NCBI RefSeq assembly: GCF_001194135.2
Contig: NC_069008.1
Location: forward strand, 1,556,261-1,620,260
DNA from: Octopus bimaculoides
Taxonomy: Eukaryota
Direction: 5' to 3'
DNA: 64,000 nt
How positions within the stretch are numbered: the first letter of the stretch is position 1; each line of letters opens with the position of its first letter. This document shows positions 1-11,648 of this stretch, in pieces. Position numbers and translations under genes: made by a program. The notes beneath the pieces are model-generated. The model searched no databases. It was not told the DNA's origin and worked only from the letters and a program-made list of their open reading frames with translations.

Positions 1-1175
1 TCTATCTATCCATCCATCCATCTGTCTAACTAACTGTCTATCTATCTATCTATCTATCTACCCAGCTCTCTCTCTCGCTCTCTCTCTCACACACACACAC
101 CGCTTATTGACGTCCCATGTTTGAATAGTTTAGGTAGAGTGGCCTCCCTCGTGAAACGAAACTGAAAGGACGCCATTGTTTTAAATATTCAGTAAAAGAA
201 TATTTGACAATCTCAAAGTGATTGGTTTAGAAGCTTTGAGGTACCGTTCACTCCCCCGCTTGAAGTAACGACAAAACTAGAAATTCAGACTGCGCTGCGC
301 AGCAAAATCAAAACAGGACATTAAATAAAATATCAAACTAACAGTTAGTCATTGGTAAGGGTGTTAACTCCATGTTGGCATCATTTTGTATTGGAAACCG
401 AAATGCTTCAGATTTATCAACGACAGCAGAGAGGCTCTCACATACTTATTTTCTTGGATAATGTTTTGAGAATTAACGGTTGATTGGAGGCGACCGCAAG
501 AGCAAACTGACATTATTACAAATACCTCCAAATGTATTGAAATGTTTGTTAGAGACTTTTAACTTAATAGTTTCCCTGTATGATTTTTTTCGAGGGTAAA
601 ATTATCCCTTACACCGTCTACTAATTACTTCAGCGAATGTAGTTATCTTGGTGTGAGGTAAACACTAATGTTTGCTGATTACTTCGAACCAATTTAAATG
701 TTCCAGAATCGGATGTTCCATCACCTTAAGGACTAAATGTTTCTTTTTATTACCCACTTTCGCTACGTTATGAATTCTTAACGAGAATATGGACTTCAAT
801 GGCCAAATAATGGTTGAATAACTTTGATATTATTTCTTCCTTTTCTAGTTGACTTGCAAATCTTAAGCCTCGATCATTTTTATTGCCACCACAGTGGTAA
901 ATAAATGTGAATTCATCGTACTACATACAGACACACACATGCGTATTTTCCAGACAGAATCACAATACTTTTAAGACTATGAAGCAAATATTAAGCCGTA
1001 ACCATATTTCATAACGTAGATTAAAAAGAAAGGGGGGAATCTTTTATCTACAATAATATATGTGCTACATGGACATAGTCAACAACGGGTACACTGTGGG
1101 CATGTAGAAGATATACACACATTGCATATTTTACCCAGTTGTGAAAAGAGATTCAAAATATCTCAGAGAAGCACA

Positions 1176-2432
1176 ATGACTACGGAGGACGTTAAACCGT
1201 TGGTTATCCCCAACTCAACCGTTTTTACCAATTTGGATTCAGTAACAGAGACTTATAATAGTAATGAGAAAACTTTAGGCGATGAAGTATTTACTGAAGA
1301 AAAATCATTGGACAAAACCGTTCGATGTGAAATTTGTGGGGAATCATTTGGCAAAGTCCGTTATTTAAAAGAACATAGGAAAATACACTCTGGAAAAGAA
1401 ACTTGCCTTGATGAAATAGTTACGAAATCATTCTCTCAAACATCTCTTCCTCTTCATGAACCTATTCACACAGGAAATAAATCTTACCACTGTGAAATAT
1501 GCGGGAAATCATTTGTGAAAAACAGTAATTTAACGCAACATAAGAGAGTACACACTGGAGAAAAACCATTTGCCTGTGAAATATGTGGGGAAGCTTTCTC
1601 TCACAATTATCGTCTTGCTCTCCATAAACATAGTCACACTGGAAACAAACCTTTCCACTGTGAAATATGTGGAAAATCATTTGCTCTTAATAGTTATTTA
1701 AAAAGTCACAAGAGAATACACACGGGAGAAAGGCCATTCCAGTGTGAAATATGTGAGAAATATTTCGGTCAGAAATCCAGTTTGGTTACTCACATACGTA
1801 TTCACACTGGGGAAAAACCCTACCACTGTGAAATCTGTGGTAAATCTTTCTCTTTTAATTCCAGTCTTTTGCGTCATAAAGCAATGCACTCTGGAGAAAG
1901 ACCATTCCATTGTGAAATATGCGGAAAGTCTTTTGTGGATAAAGGTGATTTAACGAGACATAAAAAAATCCACAATGAGGAGAAACCTGAGCAGTGTGAA
2001 ATTTGTGGAAAATCTTTCTCATTTAAATCCAGGCTTGTTAATCATAAAAGAACACATACTGGAGAAAAACCCTATCACTGTGAAATTTGTGGGAAACTAT
2101 TCGTTCAGATTTCACATCTTGTCAATCACGTAAGACTACACACTGGAGAGAGACCATATCATTGTGAAATATGTGAGAAGTCTTTTGTGACCAAAGGTGC
2201 TTTTATAAGGCACAGAAGGATACACACTGGAGAGAAGCCTTACAACTGTGATATTTGTGGGAAGTTATTCACTAATAATTCTAATCTTGTTGATCACTTA
2301 AGAATACATACTGGGGAAAAGCCATATCATTGTGATATATGTATGAAGTCTTTCAGAAGTAGCGGTCATTTTGCCAAACACAAAAAAATACACACTGAAG
2401 AAAAATTGCTTCTCAGTAAATCGTCATCATGA
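1176..2432 (+). CDS. C2H2 zinc-finger protein A1 (12 intact + 1 degenerate finger)
   Basis: CxxC-x12-Hx3H repeats with HTGEKP linkers in the 1062..2432 ORF. ATG 1176 (MTTEDVKPL) chosen by match to the paralog leaders MEDVKPL/MEDIKPL. The second finger has lost its Cys pair ([11 protein letters not shown]). Confidence 0.9.
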   Translation: MTTEDVKPLVIPNSTVFTNLDSVTETYNSNEKTLGDEVFTEEKSLDKTVRCEICGESFGKVRYLKEHRKIHSGKETCLDEIVTKSFSQTSLPLHEPIHTGNKSYHCEICGKSFVKNSNLTQHKRVHTGEKPFACEICGEAFSHNYRLALHKHSHTGNKPFHCEICGKSFALNSYLKSHKRIHTGERPFQCEICEKYFGQKSSLVTHIRIHTGEKPYHCEICGKSFSFNSSLLRHKAMHSGERPFHCEICGKSFVDKGDLTRHKKIHNEEKPEQCEICGKSFSFKSRLVNHKRTHTGEKPYHCEICGKLFVQISHLVNHVRLHTGERPYHCEICEKSFVTKGAFIRHRRIHTGEKPYNCDICGKLFTNNSNLVDHLRIHTGEKPYHCDICMKSFRSSGHFAKHKKIHTEEKLLLSKSSS

Positions 2433-2538
2433 TGATGATCTTCATTTAGTGTCTGTGTTTTCTGCCTGGCATGGGTTGGATGGTTTGGCAGGATCCAACC
2501 TGTTTGGACTGCATTGTGCAGTGTATGATATGGGTTAT

Positions 2539-2787
2539 TTTTGACTTGCGGACCCCTTTATATTTCAGGCTTTACCTTATAAACGCTTATGAAATTTATA
2601 CATAAATATTTGCTTAAAATAACATATTTTTACATTTATTTATTTAACAGTATTTAACAAATAGGTTTATTGTCAATTAAAAGATTTCGATTAAAAAACA
2701 TATATAAAATCAAATTGCCCATAAAAAGTATTTGCTGCCCACGGACCCCCTGTCTTGTCCTTGCGGACCACATTTTGAAAACCCCCC
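2539..2787. mobile_element. hAT-like MITE fragment
   Basis: Absent from the A2 paralog flank (~9297). Flanked by TGGGTTAT direct repeats (2531-2538, 2788-2795). The right end reads CAGGGGGGTTTTCAAAATGTGGTCCGC on the minus strand. Confidence 0.55.
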
Positions 2788-2989
2788 TGGGTTATACAGT
2801 TGGAAGCCCTTCCTAATACCAACCACTTGACATTTGTAATCTGTAGCTGAATACAAGCTGGAGAGAAAAGAAGAGAATATTAAACACTGTTGCTGGTGCC
2901 ACATAAAATGCACTGGTGATGGTGCCACGTAAAAACTACAGGTAATGGTGCTATGTGAAAATCACCAGTGCAGTGGTGTGGGTGCCATG

Positions 2990-3215
2990 TAAAAAGCACC
3001 AGTGCTGGTGCCACATAAAAGGCACTGGTGATAGTGCCACTTAAAAAGCGCCTAGTACACTCTGCAAAGTGGTTAGCATTAAGAAGGGCTTCCAGCTGTA
3101 GAAACCAAGCGGAAACAGATTATGGAACCTGTTGTGATCCCCTGGCCTTGCCAGCCCCTGTCAAGCTGTCCAACCCATGCCAGCATGGAAGAATGGACGC
3201 CAAACAATGATGATC
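2990..3215 (+). mobile_element. RTE-type 3' tail repeat (ends ...CCAACCCATGCCAGCATGG...(GAT)n); one of >12 copies
   Basis: Similar copies at ~9400-9628, 11925-12118, 32870-33065, 37070-37295, 43140-43213, 44693-44897, 50765-51005 (+) and ~2432-2830, 9190-9335, 32715-32830, 47898-48055, 60295-60450, 61570-61740 (-). The RTE link is inferred from nearby RTE ORF remnants. Confidence 0.7.
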
Positions 3216-3590
3216 TTGTTGGAGATGTATTCTGTCTTGTCATCTTGTAATCTATAAATATCTCTTGAAAATAGGTATGTTTGTAATTAAAGTTAATTAC
3301 AGAGACTTAGTCTCATTATGACTGTAAAAGTTTGTGGAAATTATTATATATGACAGATGATTTGTTGAAAATATTCATAAAAAATAAAATTTTAAAAATG
3401 TAAAACTTTTGTAAAATCTTATCACTTGAATTTATGGTGAAATAACTCTTAGTTATGTAAATTAAATTTTCATAATTTGTGACCAAATAGCTTGTGGTTA
3501 ATGTAAATTAACATTTATAAATCTCTTATAAAATATGTTTGCAATATTTGTTATGTGGTATTTTCTGGACTGTTGAAATTGTTTTTTTAA

Positions 3591-3807
3591 CCCTTTAGCA
3601 TTCAGATTATTTTGTCAAATGTAATAATTATTTATTCACATTGTTTTAAACTAATCATACATTATCTTGTTGCTTCAAAATTCTGATGATTGCTTTTTTT
3701 TTAGAATGGCATTGTAGGGGAAGTGTGAGAGGCCAGATTTAGACAGTTTGAACATAAAATATATAGAATATTTGGGTCAGATATTGCTGGTTTAAATACT
3801 AAAAAGT
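3591..3807. mobile_element. piggyBac-like TTAA MITE
   Basis: TTAA|CCCTTTAGCA start and TTAA at 3808-3811; absent at the paralogous A2 site (~10015). Related copies at 59504-59711, ~44260-44400 and ~57400-57550. Confidence 0.7.
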
Positions 3808-4089
3808 TTAAAATTAATTCAACACTGAAAACATAAGTGTAAAATTTATAATGAAATGTTTAAGAAAATTCTTTTAGCTGTATGATCAATAAGTTTTGTG
3901 TTTCCAGTCCAGTCCTCTTGCACAAATGTTGTCTTCTGAAGCCCTGGTTAACACAGGAATTTTGTAGATGAATTCTCATCCATATGAGATGGTATCAAAA
4001 AGTTCCCAGAATAGTTATGTTCAAGAATATAAGTGTACCACAAGTGAAAAAAGGTTGCCGAGCACTGAAATAGATAAAAGCTTATCTTC

Positions 4090-4475
4090 TATTTGTTCCA
4101 GTCATTAAGCTGCGGCCATGCTGGGGCACCATCTTGAAGAATTTTAGTCGAACACAACAACCACTACTTTTCTTCTGTTTTTTTTTTTGAAGCCTGGTAC
4201 TTATTTTATTGGTCTCTTTTGCCGAGCCACTAAGTTACAGGGATATAAGCACACCAACACCAGTTGTCAAGTGGTGGTGGGAGATAAAGGCACACACATA
4301 CACAAACACATAGGATGAGCTTCTTTCAGTTTCCATCTACCCAATCCATTCACGAGGCTTTGGTCAGCCCAAGTCTATAGACACTTGCCCAAGGTGGAAT
4401 ACTGTGGGACTGAACCTAGAACTAAGTGGTTGGTAAGCAAACTTCTTTACTATATGCCACACCTGCACCTAGGCA
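4090..4475 (-). mobile_element. tRNA-headed SINE (head ...GGTTCAGTCCCACTGCGTGGCACCTTGGGCAAGT...)
   Basis: Same family at 29655-30515 (-), 30555-30945 (-), 37700-38075 (+) and 47262-47610 (+), with partial copies at 35185, 39210, 42195, 45195 and 48590. Confidence 0.75.
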
Positions 4476-4554
4476 GTTGTTCAGCGTTATGGACAGCCAA
4501 CTACAAATGATGGGAAATAATTCTCAATTTCTTGTATATACACAATATATATTT

Positions 4555-4790
4555 GTGCACACAAATTGGTTTCAACTTTTGGCACAAGGCCAGCAAGTTT
4601 TTTTGGGGGGTGGGGTAATTCAATTACATTGACCCCAGTGCTCAACTGAAACTTATTTTATCGACTCCAAAAGGATGAAGGCAAAATCAACTTCAACAGA
4701 ATTTGAACTCAGAATCTGTAGATGGACAAAATGCCACTCAGCATTTTGCGTGGCCTGCTAATGGTTCTGCCAGCTCACTGTCTTCACCAC
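4555..4790 (-). mobile_element. Nin-domain-type SINE
   Basis: Reverse complement resembles GTCGACTTTGCCTTTCATCCTTTCGGGGTCGATAAAATAAGTACCAG. Copies at ~6470, 20545-20740, 26655-26840, 50176-50370 (+) and 51985-52905. Confidence 0.7.
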
Positions 4791-4805
4791 ATATTTATTT
4801 TGAAA

Positions 4806-5179
4806 TACTCTGTGTTTCTTTCAATTACTTTAAATATAACAAAGAATTTAGTAAAATAACTTCGTTATCATTAAGCTAATGTTAGGACCATAAATTGTGA
4901 CTAAGGTTTGGTGGAAGATTTTAATTCAAAACTTATGAAAACAAGACATTTGTACTACAGAGCCAGAAGCAGTTTCAGGTAGGATGGTACCAAAAGGGAT
5001 AACGCTTTTTTTAACTATATTTCTGTTGAGATGCTCTGTGTTTCTTTCAATTACTTTAAATATAACAAAGAATTTAGTAAAGTAACTTAGTTGTCATTAA
5101 GCTAGTGTTAGGAACATAAATTGTGACTAAGGTTTGGTGGAAGATTTTAATTCAGAACTTATGAAAACAAGACATTTCT
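4806..5179. repeat. Two tandem copies of a ~150-190-bp interspersed repeat
   Basis: 4806-4950 is close to 5032-5179 (ctctgtgtttctttcaattactttaaatataac...aacaagacattt). Confidence 0.75.
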
Positions 5180-5561
5180 ANNNNNNNNNNNNNNNNNNNN
5201 NNNNNNNNNNNNNNNNNNNNNNNNNNNNNNNNNNNNNNNNNNNNNNNNNNNNNNNNNNNNNNNNNNNNNNNNNNNNNNNNNNNNNNNNNNNNNNNNNNNN
5301 NNNNNNNNNNNNNNNNNNNNNNNNNNNNNNNNNNNNNNNNNNNNNNNNNNNNNNNNNNNNNNNNNNNNNNNNNNNNNNNNNNNNNNNNNNNNNNNNNNNN
5401 NNNNNNNNNNNNNNNNNNNNNNNNNNNNNNNNNNNNNNNNNNNNNNNNNNNNNNNNNNNNNNNNNNNNNNNNNNNNNNNNNNNNNNNNNNNNNNNNNNNN
5501 NNNNNNNNNNNNNNNNNNNNNNNNNNAATACAATAAAAATAATAACAGGACATAACAAAAG

Positions 5562-5615
<54 letters not shown>

Positions 5616-5889
5616 TATTACACGTGATGTTGGTAATTTCTTTTTCTTCTTAATTCTGTAGAATTGTCAGAGAATAGTTACTCAGAGTTTCAGGTTCCCA
5701 TTTGTCGGACAGTTGTGACAGCATGAACAAACACCCACCTGATGTCTACGGATACAACAAATTGTATTGTAAGCATCCTAGGGATGCAGATTATGGTCGT
5801 AAAAACTTTTGATTTGTGGAAACCCACGTTGTAATACAATTAAAATATTCATAAATTCCACCCATGGAGAAGTTTTAATTCAGTTTTCC

Positions 5890-5943
5890 ATCACGACTGT
5901 CTGACGAACGGCAACGTGAAACTCTGAGTAACAGTTCTGTGAT
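5890..5943 (+). ncRNA. Type I hammerhead ribozyme
   Basis: Stem I actgt/acagt; core CTGACGA 5901-5907; stem II acg-GCAA-cgt; GAAA 5918-5921; stem III ctc-t-gag; GTA cleavage triplet 5928-5930; outer stem atcac/gtgat. Confidence 0.8.
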
Positions 5944-5965
5944 ACTTTTGCAGCTTTAATAAAAA

Positions 5966-6020
5966 GTAAGCATCGTGACGCGTAATCACGGGGATGTGAG
6001 TTCGAGTCCACAGTTGGCCA
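5966..6020 (+). other. tRNA-derived fragment (anticodon arm + T arm), probably a SINE head
   Basis: cgtga-cgcgtaa-tcacg stem-loop followed by the B box GTTCGAGTCC. No 5' acceptor or D arm. Confidence 0.4.
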
Positions 6021-6085
6021 CCTACACTTTTTTCTGCAAAATAGGGGTAGTTTATCCTGTTCAGGCTATATTATTAGCATTATTC

Positions 6086-6286
6086 GGTACTACTAAAGCA
6101 GCGCGGACCCGAACGCGCGTCTGCGCTAGCTAGTCTTGAGTGGTCGATCCTATCCCTAACCCTAACCCTAACCCTAACCCGCGTGTGCAAATGAATACGT
6201 GTTTAGGGTTAGGAATAGGGTTAGGGTTAGGATCGACCACTCACGACTAGCTAGCGCGGACGGGTCCGCGCTGCTTTACTAGTACC
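6086..6286. mobile_element. Fold-back MITE with (CCCTAA)n/(TTAGGG)n arms and 9-bp TSD (Merlin-like)
   Basis: TIR GGTACTA...TAGTACC; TSD GCATTATTC at 6077-6085 and 6287-6295. Confidence 0.85.
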
Positions 6287-7744
6287 GCATTATTCTGCGA
6301 TTGAGAATTTAAAATCACTTCTTTAACTTTCTAAGACATCTCAACGTTTCTAAAAGCAAACTTCGTTTGTTTATTTACGTTTGTCGTAATTTGAATTTAT
6401 ATATAATATATATATATAAGTTAATTATATACACACACACATTTTATCAAGTGCGAAAGGATTTAAGGTAAAAGTCGATCTCGTGGGAATTTGAACGCAG
6501 GACGTAAAGGCGAAATGACACAAAGCATTTTATCCGGCGTATTAATGGTTCTTACCAGCTGGCCGCCTAAACAAATAAAGTGCGACGGGTTACGATCGTG
6601 GCCCAAATAGATGCATTTAATTTATGGGCATTTGTTGCAATCTAATGTCACTCAAACGCTTAGAAAGGCCCAAGCGTCCATTTCATTTTCTCATTTTTAT
6701 ATAACTTTCATTTCATTTCCATTCGTTTTATGTTTTTTGTCCCCACTGTGGTCTTGTCTGTCCTTGTGGTGTCCCCATCTGTGTTTGGGGCTTTATGCCT
6801 AATAAAGAAATCACTCAATCGCTTAGATACCCCAACCACCCCCGAATGCAAGTGGAGTAATAGTTCAAATAATGACTTTCAGATGATGTAAAACTTGCCA
6901 CCATTATATACGAAGAAGATATTTTAACTATTTTTTGTTTCTTATGTGTGCAGGGTAGTCTCATTTTCGTAAAATGTGCTCAGCAGTCCATGCTATGTAA
7001 GTGCAAGTCCCAGCGCTTTATGGGTTAAAGTCAAAACTGATGTTCAAAACGTAAACATGTGAATGCTGTGTTTGTTTAGAAACAGCGGCGAGTGAAATTT
7101 TGTGAATAGAATTATAAACCATCGTCATAGAGCTTTATATGCCCTAATATTTGATTATTTTCTATAGTTAATGTACGGGGAAAGCATATCTATAAAATAT
7201 AAAAAATTGTTTCTGTACGTATAAATTTACGTTAGGGACTTTTAACTTACGTCACCGGTATGATTTATACAAAGGTAAAATTGTCCACTAACACCGCGTA
7301 CTTAGTCTATTAAAAATTACCTGAGCGAATGTAATTATCTCGTTGTAAGGTAAACATTAATGTTTGCCGATAATATAGAACTAGCTCAGATGTTTCAAAC
7401 TAGGGGGCTTCGTCAAGTGATGCTTAGATATTTAATTTTGTTACCAACTTTCGCTGCATCTTGAATTGTTTACGAGAATATGGACTTCAATGGCCAAGTA
7501 ATGAGTGAATATCTTTGATAATTCTTCCCTTTGTAGTCGACTAGCAAATCTAAAACCCTAGTCATTTTTAATGCCAGTGTAATGGTGAACAATTTTGATT
7601 TCTTAGTACCACAAACACGCACACACACATGCGTATTTTCCACGCGGGCTCAATATATTTTTTAGACTATAAAGCATTGACGAAATCATAACCAGATTTC
7701 ATAACATAGATTTAAAAATTTTTTAAAGGTATTTTGTATACAGT

Positions 7745-7783
<39 letters not shown>

Positions 7784-7903
7784 TACATGGACACAAGTCG
7801 ACAGAGTGTATACTGGGAGTAAGTAAAAACAATATACAAATTGCGTATTTTACCCACTTGTTAAAAGAGACCAATAATATCTGAGAAAAGCAATGGAACT
7901 ATA

Positions 7904-9190
7904 ATGAATCTGAACAGTACCTCTGGAATGAATATGGAGGACGTTAAACCCTTGGCCGTTCCCAACTCCGCTGTTTTTATTAATTTGCATACAGTAACAG
8001 AGACTTATTATAATAATAATGAGAGAATTTTCGGCTGCAACATGCTTGCTGAAGAAAAATCATTGGACAAAAAAGTTTGCTGTGAAATTTGTGGGAAGTC
8101 GTTTGGCAAAGTCCGTTACTTAAAAGAACACGAGAAAGTACACACTGGGGAAAAACCGTATCTTTGTGAAGTATGCGGAATATCCTTCTCTCGGACGTCT
8201 CATCTTGCTCTCCATAAACGTATTCACTCGGGGAAGAAACCTTACCACTGTGAAATATGCGGGAAATCATTTATAAAAAACAGCAATTTAACACAACACA
8301 AGAGAGTACACACCGGAGAAAAACCGTTTCCCTGTGAAATTTGTGGTAAATTTTTCTCTTACAATTACCATCTTGTTATTCATAAACGTATTCACTCTGG
8401 AAGTAAACCTTTCCACTGTGAAATATGTGGAAGATCGTTTGCTCTTAGTAGTTATTTAAAAAGTCACAAGAGAATACACACAGGAGAGAAGCCATTTCAA
8501 TGTGAAGTATGTGAAAAAAGTTTCAGTCAAAAATCGAGTCTGGTTGGTCACATACGTACTCACACTGGTGAAACGCCATACCACTGTGAAATCTGTGGTA
8601 AATCGTTCTCTCTCAAATCCAGGCTTGTACATCATGAAGCAATACACCATAACAAAGGTGATTTAACAAAGGAAAAGACACATCATTGTGAAATCTGTGG
8701 GAAATGGTTCTCTTTGAATTCTAGTCTTTTACGTCATAAAGCAAGACACATTGGAGAAAGAGCTTTCCACTGTGAAATATGTGGAAAATCTTTTGTGGAT
8801 AAAGGTGATTTAACAAGACACAAAAAGATCCACAACGAGGAGAAACCTGTGCATTGTGAGCTATGTGGAAAATCATTCTTATTTAAATCCAGACTTGTAA
8901 ATCATAAAAGGACACACACTGGAGAAAAGCCCTATCACTGTGAAATTTGTGGGAAATCGTTCAGTAATAATACTAATCTTGCCAGTCATGTAAGGATCCA
9001 CACCGGAGAGAGACCGTATCATTGTGAAGTGTGTGGGAAGTCTTTTGTAACCAAAGGCGATTTAACGAGACACGAAAGAATACATACTGGCGAGAAACCT
9101 TACAGCTGTGACATTTGTGGGAAATCATTCCGAAGTAGTGGTCATTTTGCCAGACACAGAAAAATACACACTGGAGGAAAATCGTTATGA
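7904..9190 (+). CDS. C2H2 zinc-finger protein A2 (13 fingers)
   Basis: Uninterrupted 428-aa ORF. Leader and both flanks are homologous to A1. Confidence 0.92.
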   Translation: MNLNSTSGMNMEDVKPLAVPNSAVFINLHTVTETYYNNNERIFGCNMLAEEKSLDKKVCCEICGKSFGKVRYLKEHEKVHTGEKPYLCEVCGISFSRTSHLALHKRIHSGKKPYHCEICGKSFIKNSNLTQHKRVHTGEKPFPCEICGKFFSYNYHLVIHKRIHSGSKPFHCEICGRSFALSSYLKSHKRIHTGEKPFQCEVCEKSFSQKSSLVGHIRTHTGETPYHCEICGKSFSLKSRLVHHEAIHHNKGDLTKEKTHHCEICGKWFSLNSSLLRHKARHIGERAFHCEICGKSFVDKGDLTRHKKIHNEEKPVHCELCGKSFLFKSRLVNHKRTHTGEKPYHCEICGKSFSNNTNLASHVRIHTGERPYHCEVCGKSFVTKGDLTRHERIHTGEKPYSCDICGKSFRSSGHFARHRKIHTGGKSL

Positions 9191-10329
9191 TGATGATGAT
9201 CTTCATTTAGTACCTGTGTTTTCTGCCTGGCATGGGTTGGATGGTTTGGCAGGATCCAACATGTTTGAGGACTGCGTTGTGCTCCTGTGTCTGATATGGG
9301 TTATACAGTTGGATGCCCTTTCTAACATCAACCACATCACTTTTATAATCTGCAGCTGGATTCGAACTTGAGAGAAAAGATTTAAATGATTAAACACCGG
9401 TGCCATGTAAAAAGCTCTGGTGCCACATAAAATGTGCTGGTGTTGGTTCCACTGAAAAAGTTTGCAGTACACTCTGCAAAGTGGTTGGCATTAGGAAGGG
9501 CATCTTGCTGTAGAAACCAATCCAAAATTAGACGATGGAACCTGGTGTGGCCCACGACCTTACTAGCTCCTGTCAAGCCATTTGACCCATGCCAGCATGG
9601 AAAAATGGACATCAAACAATGATGATCAAGATATATTCTGTGTCTTGTCAGCTTGTAATCTATAAGTATCTCTTGAAAATAGATTTGTTTGTAATTAAAG
9701 TTAATTACAGAGGCACAGTCTCGTTAATTATGACTATAAAAATTTGTGGAAATTAGTATATCATTAAGATGATTTGTTGAAAATATTCTTAAAAAATTTC
9801 TTTTAATATGAAATTCATGGAAACTCTTATCACCTGAATTTATGGCAAAATAACTCCTAATTATGTAAATTAAATTTGCATAATTTATGACCAAATAACT
9901 TGTGGTTAATGTAAATTAAAATTTAATTTTATAAATCTCTTATAAAATGGAAATTAAAGTTGAATGCCTGCAATATTTGTTATGTGGTATTTTCTGGACT
10001 GTTGAAATCGTTTTTATAAAATTAATTCAATACTGGAAACATTTTATCAGTGTAAAATTTATATTGAAATGTTTAACCTATTTTGTTACAACACAAAATC
10101 AAACATGACCATGCTGTACTTATTTTTATTGTTTGCTTAATTAATTAGTCACTACATGTAATGAATTAACTACCCTTATCCTATTTATATATCTAACTTA
10201 TTTACCTGCATTTGTATTAACATTGTACTACTACTGATATACGACACCCACCACCAATAGCGGTAACAATAATTAACCAGTTAGCATATATATATTTAAT
10301 GTTAATTGTACTGACACTTAACCAGTCAA

Positions 10330-10360
<31 letters not shown>

Positions 10361-10363
<3 letters not shown>

Positions 10364-11450
10364 GTTGTCCGGAAAGTTCTGAGCGTTTTTTAATATGTAA
10401 AAAGGGATATAAATAATTGACCTTTCAATAAATTTTATTCAATGGAATAATTCCATTATTATTAATGACCTTTGCTCATCTATCAGGCAATTTAAATATT
10501 CCATCAGCATAAAATTTGACTGGTTTTGAAGAAAAAGGAGTTATCTGGATGCATTTTGACTCCATCAAAATCTTTAAATGTTTTTCCTTGCAATGAGTTC
10601 TGTAGAGACAAAAACAAGTGGTAGTCAGATGGTGCAATATCAGGAGAATATGGTGAATGGGGTAAGAGATTACAGACAAGTTCATGTAATTTTGTTCAGG
10701 TAGCCAAAGACACATGTGGTTGGGCATTGTCGTGTTGGAACACTACTCCTTTCCTATAGGCAATTTCTGGTCTCAATTCTTTCATTTTTTGGTTCAAATT
10801 AGCCAGCTGATGACAGCACACATCAGAATTAATGGTCTAGTTTTCTGGGAGAAGCTCATGATAAATAATGCCTTTATGATCCCACTAAACACAAAGCATA
10901 GCTTTTTCAACATGGATGTTTGTCTTTGGTTGCTGTTTTGGGGGATCCTTATGCAAACTTTGTGTTTTCATACACAATCCATTTTTCATCTCCAGTCAGA
11001 AGTTGTTTCAAAAAAGGCATTTCCATTTCAAAATCATAACACAAGCATAATACCAGTCCAAGTAATTCTTTTCTGAGAGTTTGTGAGGGACTCATACATC
11101 ACAGCGAGAAATGTATCCTCGCTTCACTAGGTTGATCATGAGCCATACTTTTAGAAACTTAAGTCCTTTGCAAGTTCTCTAATCATGATATTTGAGTTTT
11201 CTGTGATTTTTGCCTTCAAAACCTCTTCATCCAATTTTGAAGGTCTTCCACTGCGACTCCTCTTCCAAGCTAAACTCTCCAGTTTCAAATTTTGCCAACC
11301 TCCTTCGAACTGTTGATTCACCTACAGCATCATCACCATAAACTTCACAAATGTTTTTGCAAGTCTTTGCTGCATTTTCTCCTTTTTTTTTAAAAGAAAA
11401 GCATTACAACAGGAATACGAAATTTTTGGTTATCCATTTCAAATGTCAAT
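10361..11450 (-). mobile_element. Decayed mariner element with near full-length transposase
   Basis: Minus strand gives MDNQKF..KKGENAAKTCKNICEVYGDDAV (ATG 11437), *VPHKL, VFQHDNAQPH, YSPDIAPSDYHLF and GIFKLPDR*. TIR-like end after (TA)n at 10361. Confidence 0.9.
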
Positions 11451-11460
11451 AAAGGGTAAC

Positions 11461-11648
11461 AGCCCCCTCTTGTTCATCATAGTCCTCCAGGCAATTACAG
11501 AAGATTTAAAGTAGGTTGCCCTTAGGAGCTCCTGTGTGCTGATGACCTTGTTCTTATAGCTGAATCACTACCAGAACTAGAGAAGAAACTTCAGATGTGG
11601 AAGCAAAGTCTAGAATCAAAGGACTTAAGAGTTAATTTAGTAAAGACC
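11461..11648 (+). mobile_element. RTE-clade LINE reverse-transcriptase fragment
   Basis: SPLLFIIVLQAITED/KVGCP*ELLCADDLVLIAESLPELEKKLQMWKQSLESKDLRVNLVKT (decayed YADD). Confidence 0.85.

Noticed and set aside
1062-1175. Upstream GTG/TTG or extended starts in the ORF track for A1, A3 and B3
   Set aside because: Paralog leaders align only from the downstream ATG; non-ATG starts are not expected here.
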